Shown here: piece by piece, positions 14,217 through 25,803 of the stretch | Position numbering within the stretch: the first letter of the stretch is position 1 | Layout: each line of letters opens with the position of its first letter | Assembly (NCBI RefSeq): GCF_000315625.1 | Contig: NW_005434652.1 | Location: 364,384-428,383, forward strand | Source of the DNA: Guillardia theta CCMP2712 | Lineage: Eukaryota; Protista; Cryptophyta | Length of the DNA stretch: 64,000 nt | Reading direction: 5' to 3' | Translations under genes and position numbers: made by a program | Notes under the pieces: generated by a model | What the model saw: only the letters and a program-made list of their open reading frames with translations | The model's database searches: none | Told to the model about the DNA's origin: nothing

Positions 14217-15770
14217 CTAGTCAAAAACCTCCAATATCCTCGCTCCTTCGGAACTCTCTGAATAGTAATTTATATCTCTTGACTTGTGTTGGTGGACGAG
14301 ACATCATTCTCCAAGTGCTCGTCATCTGAGATATTCAGTTGACTTCGAGTCAATCTCATACTCCTGCATCAAGTGTGCCTGCAGAGCAACCTCGTACTGG
14401 GCCGCCTGCATATGCAGCGGATCAAACGTATCCTTGCACAATATTGGAAAGCAAACCTCCGCTTCCCTCTCTAAAGCAACCTCTAGGTCGCGCAAGGCTT
14501 CACATCTTGACTTCAGCTGTCACTCGTACATCAGTGACTGGCATCAGCACCGCACCCTGACATCCAGACCTTGTCGAGGTAGGCGACCATCTGGTTTCTG
14601 ATCGCGAACAGCTCCCTTGACCTCCGGCCGGCGTTATCGTACAGCACGTTGACTTTGCTGCGACACAGCGTCAGTGAAACTCACAAGGAGAGAAAGTTTC
14701 TCTACCTTTCAAGGGCTAGCAGGATGTCTACATTCTTCATCTTCAGCTCTTTCAGCTTTTGCACTTCACGGACTGCAGGTACAAGTGAACACCAGCAGCA
14801 GGGACGGAGCAAGGTCAAGGACCAGCCTTGTCGACATAAGAGGTTATCCTTCCCTCGGATGCATTGATCTGCAGGACTAGTCAGTCAAAATCGGCAAGAT
14901 GGCAACAACAACAAGAAGAACAATGACAACAACAAGGACAACAACAAGGACAACAACAAGGACAACAACAAGAAGAACAACAAGATCAACCTTCTCCGAG
15001 TGATCCTTTTGAAGTTGGAGAACTTTGAAAGTGATACCCAGTGCTCGTATCATTTCTTTCTCCTTCTGCGCCATTTCCTCTGCCTTCTTGTTTGAGACTT
15101 CCTCCATGTACAGCGTTCTTTGCTTGAGAGAGTCAAGAACATCGACTGAGGGTCCTGCTGCTCCTCGCTTCTGGGCTGTTTCATGCTTCATCTTCAGCAG
15201 CTTGACCTCCTCTTCTAACTGTACAAGCTTGTTGGTGCTGACTTTCTGGATCTCTGCCTTGCTCTTGTCCAGTTCTTCCAGCGCTTCCTTGGTCTTTCTG
15301 TAATCTCTCTCAGCCTGCTGCCTGCTCTGCTTCTCGTTATCGACAATCCTCTGCAGCTTGAGAACATGCTCCTGAAGGACATCCCTGTCTTCTTCGATGA
15401 TCCTCAGTCGATTCCTCATGTCCTCGAAATATCTTTCAGATTCCTCGGGGGTGATGTCTTCATACGCGAATGCCCCAACCTTTGATATCTCATCTTCGAT
15501 CCCCCGTTTCAACTCCAGCACAGATCGATGGGCGGACCGTTCGCTCTCCACCAGTGACTGTCGGCGAGAGTGGGCCCCTTGCTCCTCAGAGTCGAACCTG
15601 AGATCATCGGCCCATGAGAGCACGTCTCCTCCTCCTCCCCATCTTCCCTCCTGCTCCTCAGGAAGTTGGCTCAACCAGGCGTCCTCGCTCTCCCTCCCCT
15701 GCTCCTCAAGCTCCTCCCACATCCCTTCCCCGGGCTCCATGGTGGGTCCGTTAAACTTCATCGCCCTCAT
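14217..15770 (-). CDS. Coiled-coil protein of unknown function (3' end approximate)
   Basis: Long E/K/Q-rich heptad exon 14991-15770 plus small downstream exons. Confidence 0.7.
14905..14985. repeat. Intronic ACAACAA(G)-type minisatellite
   Basis: Repeated acaacaacaagga/aagaaca units. Confidence 0.8.
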
Positions 15771-15839
15771 GCTCCCGCCCCGGCAGCCTCGCCCTGAGCC
15801 TCGCCTCACCGGGCCCGGGGCCTCGTGCCGCACCGCCGG

Positions 15840-16160
15840 GCCTTAGCCTGCTCAGGCCAGCGGCTCATTCAACCGTCAACGGTCCGAGCGCAGTGCTGAG
15901 TCACGGGGCCTGACTCAGTGCTCTGCTGGGCCCGCACTAGGGTCTTCTGACTCCCGAGGTCCTCTGAGGCTTCCGGCTGAGACCGTACGGGCGGCCCCCC
16001 CGCGCCAATCCCCGGCCCAGTTCGGGGAATTGAACCCGGAACTTCGGATCCGATCTGTCGAACTTTCATCCGATCGGCGGCCCGGGTCGGCCGGGCCGGG
16101 GCCATCAGGCCGCCGCCTGCCGCCGGGCAGCGCACTCTGGCAGCTCCACTCAGTGACTAG
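15840..16160. promoter_or_regulatory. CpG-rich divergent intergenic island
   Basis: Very GC/CpG-rich, lies between divergent genes, and contains TGAGTCA, TGACTCA, CCGTACGG and CGGATCCG. Confidence 0.55.
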
Positions 16161-16372
16161 AAATTTTGGTAGACTAGTCGGAGAACAAACTTCGGATTTC
16201 TTTTGAAGAGAAATCTGTTTTGAACATCAGTCAACTCGTAGCGTTTGACTGGAATCTCAGGTTCATTTGAAATGTTTCTCTGTATATTTCAAAAGCAGGA
16301 GAAAAATTGCGAGAATGCCGTGCCTTGTGATTTCCGCGGGAGTGGCGGGAAGGCGGGAGAGGGTAACAAGGC

Positions 16373-17767
16373 ATGGCAGCGGGTAACAGGGAGATGCGTG
16401 CTCCCCTTGCGGTGATCGCCGAGCCCATTGGCATCGTAAACATACAAAGATCGAACTATAAAGGAGATGTGTCAACTTGCAAAGCTGGTAGTGTGCAGAC
16501 ACCATTGCAGGAACTGCGGATTCATCCATGGCAGCTGTTTTCGGAAGTCGAAGTTGGCGAGAAGCAGTCGAAAAAGAGAAAGACGATTTGGCCCGCGGAT
16601 CCAGAGCATGCAAACAAGCTCATTCTTATATTTGCTAAGGCCTGGTTGGACATGCCCTCTTCGATTGTTGAGAAAAATCCGCAAATCCACTGGACGCAGT
16701 TGCTTAATGCTGTTTCGGGCAAGGATCCCTTGATTAACGAAATACCTTGGAAATTAGCGCAAACGAAGTTTAACCAATACACTGTCGTTGTTCGCAAGGA
16801 GTTAGCACTGTCTCATGACAATTTCAGTGATCCGTTGCAATGTGATTGGTACCAGACTTGGAGCGAAGTTTTGAAAAGGCTTGACCGTGTTCTTGATGAG
16901 AAGAGAAGGCTGCGAGAAGATAATCAAGAACCATGCAAGGTCCTGCAAATTGCCCTGCATTGTCAATCACGGAGGAGAAGCGATGGACAACAGTTTGAAT
17001 CGAGGGAGCAGGCGGTCAAACAGAGAGAGAAACTTGTGCAAGAGCAAGAACGGATGATGAAGAACCGGGAGCAGGCTGTTCAGCAAAGGGAGGCAGCGAT
17101 CAAGAACAGAGAGAAGGAAGTGATCGGGAGAGAAGAGACCGTGAACTACCTGCAGCAAAGGTGCAAAGAGCTAGAAAAAAAGATCTCTAGCAAGGAGGAG
17201 GAGGTCCAGAAGAAGGAAGAAGGAGTGCGTAAGTCTCAACAGGAAGTTCAAGAGAAGTTAGAGGCTGCGCTCAAGGTGGAAGCTGAGGTGAAGCAGCGAG
17301 AGGAGGCAGTAGCAAAGAAGGAACAAGAAGCTCGACAGAAATCTGGAGGAACGGACTACAGCATGCGTGAAAAGGAGCAATTCATGTACATGAGGGAAAG
17401 GGAGTTGCTGATGAAGGAACAGATGATGTATGGAAGAGAGCTCGCGGTCAGCAAGAGAGAGCACACAGTCCATGAGGTGGATCAAAATTTGCGCAAGAAG
17501 GAACAAGAGCTCAATCTCAAAGAGAAATATGTACAAGACAGGTTGGATGCAGCGAAGGAAATGGAACAAACAGTCCGTTCACGAGAAATTACCTTGTACG
17601 ATGAAAGGACAAAGCATATGCAGACATTCATCGAAAACAAGGTTGAAAAAGATCGTGAAGAGCGAATGACAGAGTTTGCAAACTTTGCTCTGGTTGTCAA
17701 GCAGATGATGAGAGACGTTATCAAAGAAAGTGCAGAGAGAAATAAGGTTGTTCATGAACTCAAATAG
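16373..17767 (+). CDS. Myb/SANT-like (trihelix/MADF-type) domain followed by a long repetitive coiled coil
   Basis: 464-aa ORF with W..KLILIF..W..HWTQL..WKLAQTKFNQY..WYQTW pattern, then repeated RE(Q/E)AV(K/Q)QRE-like heptads. The domain call is by eye. Confidence 0.65.
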   Translation: MAAGNREMRAPLAVIAEPIGIVNIQRSNYKGDVSTCKAGSVQTPLQELRIHPWQLFSEVEVGEKQSKKRKTIWPADPEHANKLILIFAKAWLDMPSSIVEKNPQIHWTQLLNAVSGKDPLINEIPWKLAQTKFNQYTVVVRKELALSHDNFSDPLQCDWYQTWSEVLKRLDRVLDEKRRLREDNQEPCKVLQIALHCQSRRRSDGQQFESREQAVKQREKLVQEQERMMKNREQAVQQREAAIKNREKEVIGREETVNYLQQRCKELEKKISSKEEEVQKKEEGVRKSQQEVQEKLEAALKVEAEVKQREEAVAKKEQEARQKSGGTDYSMREKEQFMYMRERELLMKEQMMYGRELAVSKREHTVHEVDQNLRKKEQELNLKEKYVQDRLDAAKEMEQTVRSREITLYDERTKHMQTFIENKVEKDREERMTEFANFALVVKQMMRDVIKESAERNKVVHELK

Positions 17768-18016
17768 TTAGCCCTATTCGTGAACATGTTCACAAGCTCG
17801 CTGCTAGTAAATTCTTATTTGATATCTGAGTGACAACTATCGCACTCTGATGATATGTGCTTAGAAAAAATACTCTCTATTGACCGCATGCTCACTCCCT
17901 CTACATTTTGCATCCCTTCACATAGACTGACCCACTCGTACAGGATGAGGACGAAGAGCTGTCAGGTTATGCCGACTAGTCGGCAGTGAATGATCGAAAG
18001 ACCGTCCAATTATATC

Positions 18017-18805
18017 TCATGCAGATGGATCGACGACACTCCCGTCTTTCCATGTCGCACCCGACTGACGATGATAGGAAGTATCAGCAAGAGCAAAGCG
18101 TGGCCAGATCCCGTCTTACCTCCCAAACCTCCTGCTTCCATATAGGAACCTGAGAGGGGAATGCTGTAAGACTTACCAACTCTATTGGGTATGACCTTTT
18201 TCTTGAGCCTGTCCATAATCTCGGCTGTTGCCTCGAATGTTTCTTTTCTATGTATCCCAATCACCTTGCAAACAGCACTTCAGGAGAGAAAAATTTGTCG
18301 TAATTCACCTGCACGAGCACTGAAGCATCGCCCACCGGAACCTCTCCAACTGAGTGGCGAATTCGGACGAAGAGTAGCTGATGGCGATCCATGGCTTCTT
18401 GAGCAATCTGCTGAAGCATCTGGACGCAAGATCAAACCTCATGATGTTTGACTGGAGCTCCAAGAGAACCTTGGTGGCCATACTCTCTTTTGCTTCATAT
18501 CCTGTGGATGCCTTTGTCAGGCCCAGCCTTCCCATCAAAATTCACGCACTCAGCAACTTCAATATGCCATGAGAAGCACTTTCTTCATGTCTAGTCCCTG
18601 AGGGAATTTCAATGGATACCGAACGAGTGGACATGCTGCATACGTCCAAGGAACGCATTCTCCCCTCCTCCTTGCCTACACAGCCATATCAATCATCAGC
18701 CGTACGACTCACAGGAAGCAAATTCAACCTGTAGAATGGCGGTTCCTCGTAATTGACCGGCCCGTTAACAAGGGATACATCAACAGACTTGTCTTCTGTC
18801 GACAT
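18017..18805 (-). CDS. MOCS2B: Molybdopterin synthase catalytic subunit (MoaE), about 147 aa, multi-exon
   Basis: Spliced MSTEDKSVDVSLVNGPVNY..GGENAFLGRTR..LRYEAKESMATKMLQQIAQEAMDRHQLLFVRIRHSVGEVPVGDASVLVQVIGIHRKETFEATAEIMDRLKKKVPIWKQEVWESGATWK..*, with the MoaE motifs YEA, H..G.V.VG..S, HR..F and LK..VPIWK.E. Confidence 0.92.
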
Positions 18806-18869
18806 TGGAATCACCCAGGCCAGAACTACAGGACAGATCAACAAAATCATCTATCAGAGTTATCTCAAC

Positions 18870-19272
18870 CTATCCACCACTGATCGGAGGAATGAATGCA
18901 ATGTCGTCGGTTTCCTTCAGATCGAGTCTATCTTCAGGCAGGACGTAGTTGTCATTCACTGCGAGATAAGCACTGATGAATTGTGTCATGTTGCAGTGTG
19001 TATTTGACTTCCTTACCTATCTTTCAACACCCTCAGCTTCGGCTCAACCTTGCAATGCCCAAATTCAGATAGAAAGACAAAGAAAGTCTCCTAAAAGACC
19101 TCAAAGACGTGGTTCTCTAAGAAATCTCTACACAATATGCTCGATCCCTCCAGTCTGCTAGAATCGTCAGTTTTCCAACCTTCTCTTGCGTTTGGTCGTA
19201 CCTGCAGGTTATGTACAAAGATCCTCCTGCGAGCTCCTTAGCCTTGGCAAATAGATGAACCTTCACTTCCAT
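18870..19272 (-). CDS. MOCS2A: Molybdopterin synthase sulfur-carrier subunit (MoaD), 86 aa
   Basis: Exons 19272-19202, 19154-19100, 19048-19017 and 18972-18870 give MEVKVHLFAKAKELAGG..AYLAVNDNYV..DDIAFIPPISGG*, with the diagnostic C-terminal PPISGG. Confidence 0.93.
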
Positions 19273-19539
19273 CCACCTAGAGAAATCAAATCAACCGCGG
19301 CTTCTTACACGCAAACTGAGAAAGTTGTTTGCGGCATTCAAGGATCCATGTAAAACACCATGAAAGGAGTGAAATGAGTGTAGTAGTCCACTCTCTATCC
19401 TTCAATCTTCTTGCCGGTCTCCTCTCCTCTCCCCTCACTCGAAACTCATCTCCTCTCCCCTCGTGCCTCCTCCCATTCCTGCCGTCGTGAACATCCGACT
19501 GGTGGATCACCATCGTGTGGAAAGGTTTCAACGACCACC

Positions 19540-20660
19540 GGGTCATATGCGTTATTTCTACCGATGATTTGGAGGTAGGGTGATAGTAAAGAAGTGTAGT
19601 GGGGTCCGAGGGGTCTGCGGGGTAGGGTTGTCCAAGCTTGTAGGCTGGGTGGGTCGAGAACATTAGGGGAGGAGGGGGTTGGGGTGGGGTGGGATTCAGT
19701 TAGATCAGGGTAAGTCATTTGCAAATAAGGGGTGGTAGTGTGAGAGCACATATATAAAATCAGAGTAGGTAGGGTTTCTCGATAAGAGAACAGTAAAATG
19801 GAATTTGGGGGTAGGGGTAGTAATTTTTATACTGTAGGGGTGGGGAGAAAACGACTTAACCAGCAGGGAAGGGTGGGGTTATCAACATTCTGTCCAAGGG
19901 GGTCAGACGGAGATTGAAGGGTGGGTGGATTTTTAAATTTTGAAAGGGGTACTGTGATAAGAGGTAAAAAGTATACTAGGGTAGGGGTATCTAGGTGATG
20001 TCTAAAGGGTAGGGTGGTTGTTGGACGGAGCACCAGTAGTAAGGTCGACCCGAGGTCCTCTAGGAGGTAGGGCGATTGCGCGATGATAGTAGGGGTGGGT
20101 ACCATTTTACTGTTTCGTCGTGGGTACTATTCCCCAGAAATTTTATGGTGGGGTAGGTGGCTTCAACTAATAAGAAATGGTAGCGAGTATGGTAGGGTAT
20201 ATGTCAAGGGGGTGGTCTTGAAAGCCTGAACGAAGGGTAGGGAGCCGTTTTCGAGAGGTGGGGTATTGAGAATGTAGGGGGTACGGTACAATTCTCTACC
20301 GGTACCAAGATCGATTCTCTGGCTAGTAGTGGTCAGGGTGGAATAAAAAAATGGTTGAAGGTGGTAGGGGTACAAATTATGATATGTGTAGGTAGGGGTG
20401 GTGTAGGGGGGTCAGGGGGTATGCAAAGGTACTGGGATTGTGAGCAACTATGTACGTAGGGGGTTCGACAGGTAAAATTGCCGGGTGGGTGGTATGATGG
20501 TCCAAACCTCAGGGGTACATGGCTGGAATGTGGGGTTCTTATTTGCTTGGGGTGGAGAATCAGGGGAAAGGGTGGGGTTCATTCTATATAGATGGAGGGT
20601 GACTACAGGACAAAGGGGGTGCATATTTCCAAGGATAGGTAGGGGTAGTCTCAGCGCAAA
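19540..20660. promoter_or_regulatory. G-skewed GGGGT/GGGTA-rich intergenic tract between divergent genes
   Basis: Dozens of GGGGT/GGGTA/GTAGGG words on the + strand and no convincing coding frame. Confidence 0.5.
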
Positions 20661-21050
20661 GGCCCGGAGGATGGCGAGGACGAGAGCAGAGCCGAGAGTA
20701 AGCGAGGAGGAGAGGAGGAGGAGGAGGAGGAGGTAGAGGGAACCTGAAGCTTGAGGAAACAAACTCATCAAGACTGTGCGAGCCTGGGGCCGTGCTCTTA
20801 GCCTCCTTCAGTGTCCAGATAAGTTGTACATTGTCCTGGTTGTGTTTATCCAGCTTTGGACGGCATCAGAGTGGGAGATACAGCAGGACGGGGGTTGGCG
20901 GCACATTTCCAGCATTTGCGATCTTCTTGTTCAGTTACGAATCTAAAGTAGCGTACACCAGAAAACAGTTTTTCTGGCCCCTTCTGGTCGAAGCGCTTCC
21001 CAAGGAAAGGAGCCCTGCGTTGTCGAAAAACTTGGATATATTTGACTAGG

Positions 21051-23150
21051 ATGGATGATCTGACTTTGCACGGTTTTCATGGGGACAGTCTTCCTCGACC
21101 CTCCTCCCCAGACAATCTGCATGCTCTGTTGGAGGATGTCGAGAACTTCATCCCTGGTAGCAATGAAAGAACGAACTCGCTGGAACAGCTGAGGAGTGCG
21201 CTTGTTGATCGTTCTTCCATGCTGAAACCCAAGGGGTTGGGCGATCATGACATGTCTCGATCTGGCACTCGAACAAGGGGGGGGACAGGAGCTTCCTCTT
21301 TCCTGCATGGAGGAGTATCCCCTGACGATACACACATGCTCGATGACCTTTACGGTGAAAGCACCGGCGGCATGTCTTCTATCCCGGAGCATTCTGGCAC
21401 CGATGGGTTGTGGGGTCCTGCGCATACACACTTTGTAAGTGCACCTATGTGCTCTGGGACTGACGTGCTCTTTCTTGTTGAGTGGTGTTTTGCTGATTTG
21501 ATGCTTGAAATGCTGAAGGGACAAAGTTTGATTTCTGTTGCAGGATGCGAGTGAGTATGACGACATCGAGGGAACTTTTCAAATGGATGATATAGGAGAC
21601 ACTCTTCCCCCAACCATGCCTACGACGTACTCTCATCTACACTCGAGGGCAACCACGACGATCTCTAGCGCAGCAACGAAGCAGGTGCATGAGTTGCATG
21701 GGGTATGTATCCCAGTTGACCCTTCTTTGCATTCGTGCAGGCTACCAGCGCCTCGATACAGTCACACTCGGCGGGAACAACAGCTGCACGAATCATTGGA
21801 GGTCCACATGTAAACCGCTCTATCCCTGGATCTCAGACTTCAAGCGCGTAAGCAAAGCATGTCTGTCGATTTCTTATCAAATAATGTTGTCTGCCCTCCA
21901 GTGCTGCTGCTATAATTCAAGATGTTGGCTTCGCCGCGGTGGCTGCTGGAGTTCCTGGTGCTGCTGGAGTACTGAGCGGAAACTTGAATATCGGTGACTC
22001 TACAAAATTCCTTGATCACTGCGGTGCTGACGAAGCACGTATAGGGAAATCAGCTGCATCAGCCGCTGTGAGATCTCCAGTGGCAAGACCTCCGTCCAAG
22101 ACGAATGTTCAGGTTGCAAGCAGTACACGCAATTAGAAAACCACTGACATGTCTCGTGTATCGGCAGATGTCAAATTTAGCTCGAGAAGAACAAGCTGCT
22201 ATTCCACATGTTTCTGCAGACGTGATGTCATTTGGCGCATGGACTCTTCTGAGTAAATGACAGGATTTGGGTGGAGCACCGGTGGTTCCGATGCAGCCTG
22301 AGCCTGATAAACGCTTAAGCCACAAGGAAGTTGAACAGCGTAGAAGAGAGAAAGCGAAACAGGTAACGTGTGAAACTATCGTTGCTTGTTGCTAACAGGA
22401 TGGCTTTGCAGTATTTTGATGAGTTACGTGGGCTGCTTCCGTATGGTGGCGATAGTGCCAAATTCGATAAAAATGCCATTCTGCACCATTCAATCGCATT
22501 AATCAAGCAGCTTTTAAGCGAGTTAGAACAGGTGGAACATGGCTTGTTGTTTGTTACGCAGGGATGAATGTCATCTGTTACAGGAAGAGGCAAGCTCTGC
22601 GAAGACTGAGCAGGAACCAGGGACTCCAACCATGGCTGAATTTCGATGTTGCTTTGATGTAACGCGGCAACCATTATGCTTCACGGGGCTGGATAGCAGG
22701 ATATGGGAAGCTAACACTGCCTTCTGCACTCTGCTTGGGTACTTCACCATCACATCTGCTCGTATTCCTAATGAGAAAACAGGTATACAAGGTTGGAGAT
22801 TAGTGGGCTTTCACTGCTCAGTGCTACCGCTCCTGCGGACACAGAAGCTTCTTCAGAGCGCTGGCATCACATGATTAATTCGCCACAGGTCGGCGACTTG
22901 AATGAGTTGCTTCCACCTAATATCTATGATCGAGCAGGCGACTCCGGTGTCCTATATGTGCAAACTGCAAAGAAAAGATTCACAACAGGTATCGCGTTCT
23001 CTCGTTCTTCCTCTGTGCTTCTCGGCTCTGCCATCTTCGCGCGTCTTCTGACTGTTTTGGGTAAAGGTCTCTTGTAATATCGATTTGAGCATTGTAAGGC
23101 GGAACGGCAAAGCACACTGCTTCCTAGTGGCCGCGAATCCGAGCCTTTGA
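21051..23150 (+). CDS. bHLH-PAS transcription factor
   Basis: bHLH: KRLSHKEVEQRRREKAKQ|YFDELRGLLP..KFDKNAILHHSIALIKQL. PAS: FRCCFDVTRQPLCFTGLDSRIWEANTAFCTLLG|YTRLEISGLSLL..P.D..CKLQRKD..CNIDLSIVR. Confidence 0.9.
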
Positions 23151-23377
23151 AAGAAGCAGCAAAGGGGGAACACAAGAGAACTTGCTCGTGAACGGGGATG
23201 AAGGCGGGGTGACCGAGTACAGGGGCATAAAGTAGGAGGAAGCTGACAAGTCTGCCTCACACTCGCGTTTGAGGCGAAGATGGGGAGCATCTTGACAAGA
23301 ACGATGACAAATTTAAAAAATAAATCAAATCTGTCGGTGATATGCACAGCTGCTGGGCTGCTCCTCTCCCAGCTGCT

Positions 23378-25743
23378 TTAGCCGGTTGGCGGCGTGGGCG
23401 GCAGAGGAGTGGAGTCCAGCTCGACCGGAGGAGGCTCTCGGGAATCTAGAGGAGTAGAAGGCGTGTGCGGGTGTCCTGGCGCGTCCTGTTTAACAGGGGT
23501 TTGCGGCAGGACTCCCAGGTTGGGGATGCTGCTCTCGCCAAGCTGGGGTTTCAGGTTTGCCGGTCGATCCTCCGCTGCCCCCCTGTTCTGCAGCCCCTTG
23601 CGCACTTGCGGCGCATGAAAGTCAAGCAGGGGCAAGGAGAGATAGGAGCAGAAGTGGAGGGTAGAGAGCAGAAGAGGGACGGGAAGCGGCAAGGGGGGGA
23701 AGAGGAGGAGATGGATGGAGAACTGAATGAGGGGAATAGGGGAGGAGGAAAGTGGGGAGGACACCTGGAAAGCCTGCGAGCTTGAGAGCATCGCTGAGGT
23801 CGTCAAGGACAGAGCACAAGGTGTCTCGGTAGCTGGAGTTGGTGTAAAACTCGTGGAGGAAGGGAAGGGAGAGAAGGGAGAGGAGTGAGGGGAGGGGACG
23901 GAGAGAGAGGGAGAGGAGAGGAGTGAGGGGAGGGGACGAGAGAGTGAGAGGAGTTGAAGAAGGGGAGGGAAAGAGGAGGGATTGAGGGAGAGGAGGGAGA
24001 GGAGAGAGGATGTTAGGGGACCTCAAGACGAAGTTGTCCGAGTAAACGGCGATGAAGTCAGCGAGCTCTTGATCCTCTGAGACGTTCTGGGTAGGAGGGT
24101 GAGAAGAGGAAACTCTGGTCGAGGAACGACCGATGCGTTCCATGCCCACTCGTTGGAGCCGGAGACGACGACGGCGGCAAGGGGTCCATGGATCATTTCG
24201 TCTGTTCCCATGGGAGATCAGAAACTCTATCCTGTCTGCAAGCAGCAGACCTGCACTCTGTCGGAAGGCATGCCTTCGTCGCTGCGAGGGTGTGAGGAGG
24301 AGGGATACGTTGATGATGGCAAGAGAGGAATAGAGAAAAGGTATTTGCTCAGGGAAGGTAGAGGAGAGTGGAGAGGGGGTTGTCTGAGAGAGGAAGGAGT
24401 GGGAAAGGGATGGAGGACGAAGGGAGGAAGTGTAGGTAGCGAGAGCAAAAGAGGGGAGGGGAACCTCCATGTTGTCGATGTCGAACCCCTCGAAGAGGAA
24501 CTTCAAACTCCATCCCTGCACTGCCTTCACCCTTTCCTCCTCTGAGGACGGAGCAGCTACCGTAGCATGAAGACAGAGCTCTTCGTCTCCTCTCATCTCG
24601 TCCAGTACGTGTCGCTCGAAGGTGAGGTCTTGATCGCCTTTGACAAGCTCTCAGTCCTGCAAGCGAGCTGCTTGTTGTTGACTTCACCGGACTTGACCGG
24701 ACACTCGCCAGGGTCGATCATGTTCTTTGCGAAATGCTACAAAGGACCGGAGGGTATCAGTGAGATGATGGAGAAGGGGAAACGGCTAGCGCGAGGAGCA
24801 GGGAGCGACGAGAGGAAAGGAGGAAGGCAGGAGAGCTAAGGAGAGCTGAACATGTGGGAGGGAGAGGACAGCAAGAGGAGGAGAGTAGAGGAGAGGCAGC
24901 GAGTGTAGGATGAGGAAGAGGGAGGGAGAGGCCAATGACGAGGAGGAGGAGAGGAGAAGGTACCCGCGCTCGACGGACGAGGGCTGGAGGGAGGTCTTCG
25001 TGCTCAAGTTCGATCTGCCTGAGAGGGCCAGCGAGGAGGACGGAAAGAACCGCCTGCAAGGGGAGGAGAGTTCACAGGTTCATCGTCATACAGAGGGGAG
25101 GGGAAGATGTACACAGACCTGCCATGCCACGTTCAGTGTGATGGCACTTTGAGGTATAGCTGGATAGCAACAAACACGGTGGATGAGCATCAGTGCATTG
25201 CGCATGTTCTTTCCGTTCCTGATGATGACGTTGTCAGGATGCAAGCACAGCAAAGTGAGATATTGATTGCGTCATTATCACGATCACCCACACAATCTCC
25301 ATCACTTTGACCGCTGTCATCTTCAGGATTGTAACCACCACCACTACCATCACCAGCTGTAACAAAGTACAACACCTGCTGCAACAACATCACGCAACGA
25401 ACCGACCTAATCCGGTAGATGAGCGACGAGATCAACTTCTCGGCGTGTTTTGAAACTTGTGCGTCTCCACGGCATCTTGTCAACGTGTCGACAATGATCT
25501 CTCGAAGCAGTTCCGAGACGGGATGGTCCTGCCTCTCCTCTCAGTCTTGCTGCGTTCTCCTCCTCCTCCCCTCCCTGTCCTGTTTCCTTCCCCTCTCTCA
25601 TCCCCTCCCACTCTTTCCTTTCCTCTCCTCCCCCCCGCATCTCTGCTTACCCGGGGAGTCTGAAGCATCGCAGCTCCTTCCTTCCCCTCCGATCGCCTTG
25701 GAGCCCCTGCGCTCTCTTCCTTGCTCTCGTCCTCGCCCTCGCC

Positions 25744-25803
<60 letters not shown>

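Noticed and set aside
18806-18872. Stop-codon readthrough giving a MoaD-MoaE fusion
   Set aside because: The spacer is 64 nt unspliced or 20 nt spliced, neither a multiple of 3, and a further in-frame TGA follows in the spliced form.
19540-20660. Interstitial telomeric array or CRISPR-like array
   Set aside because: No fixed repeat unit or periodicity.
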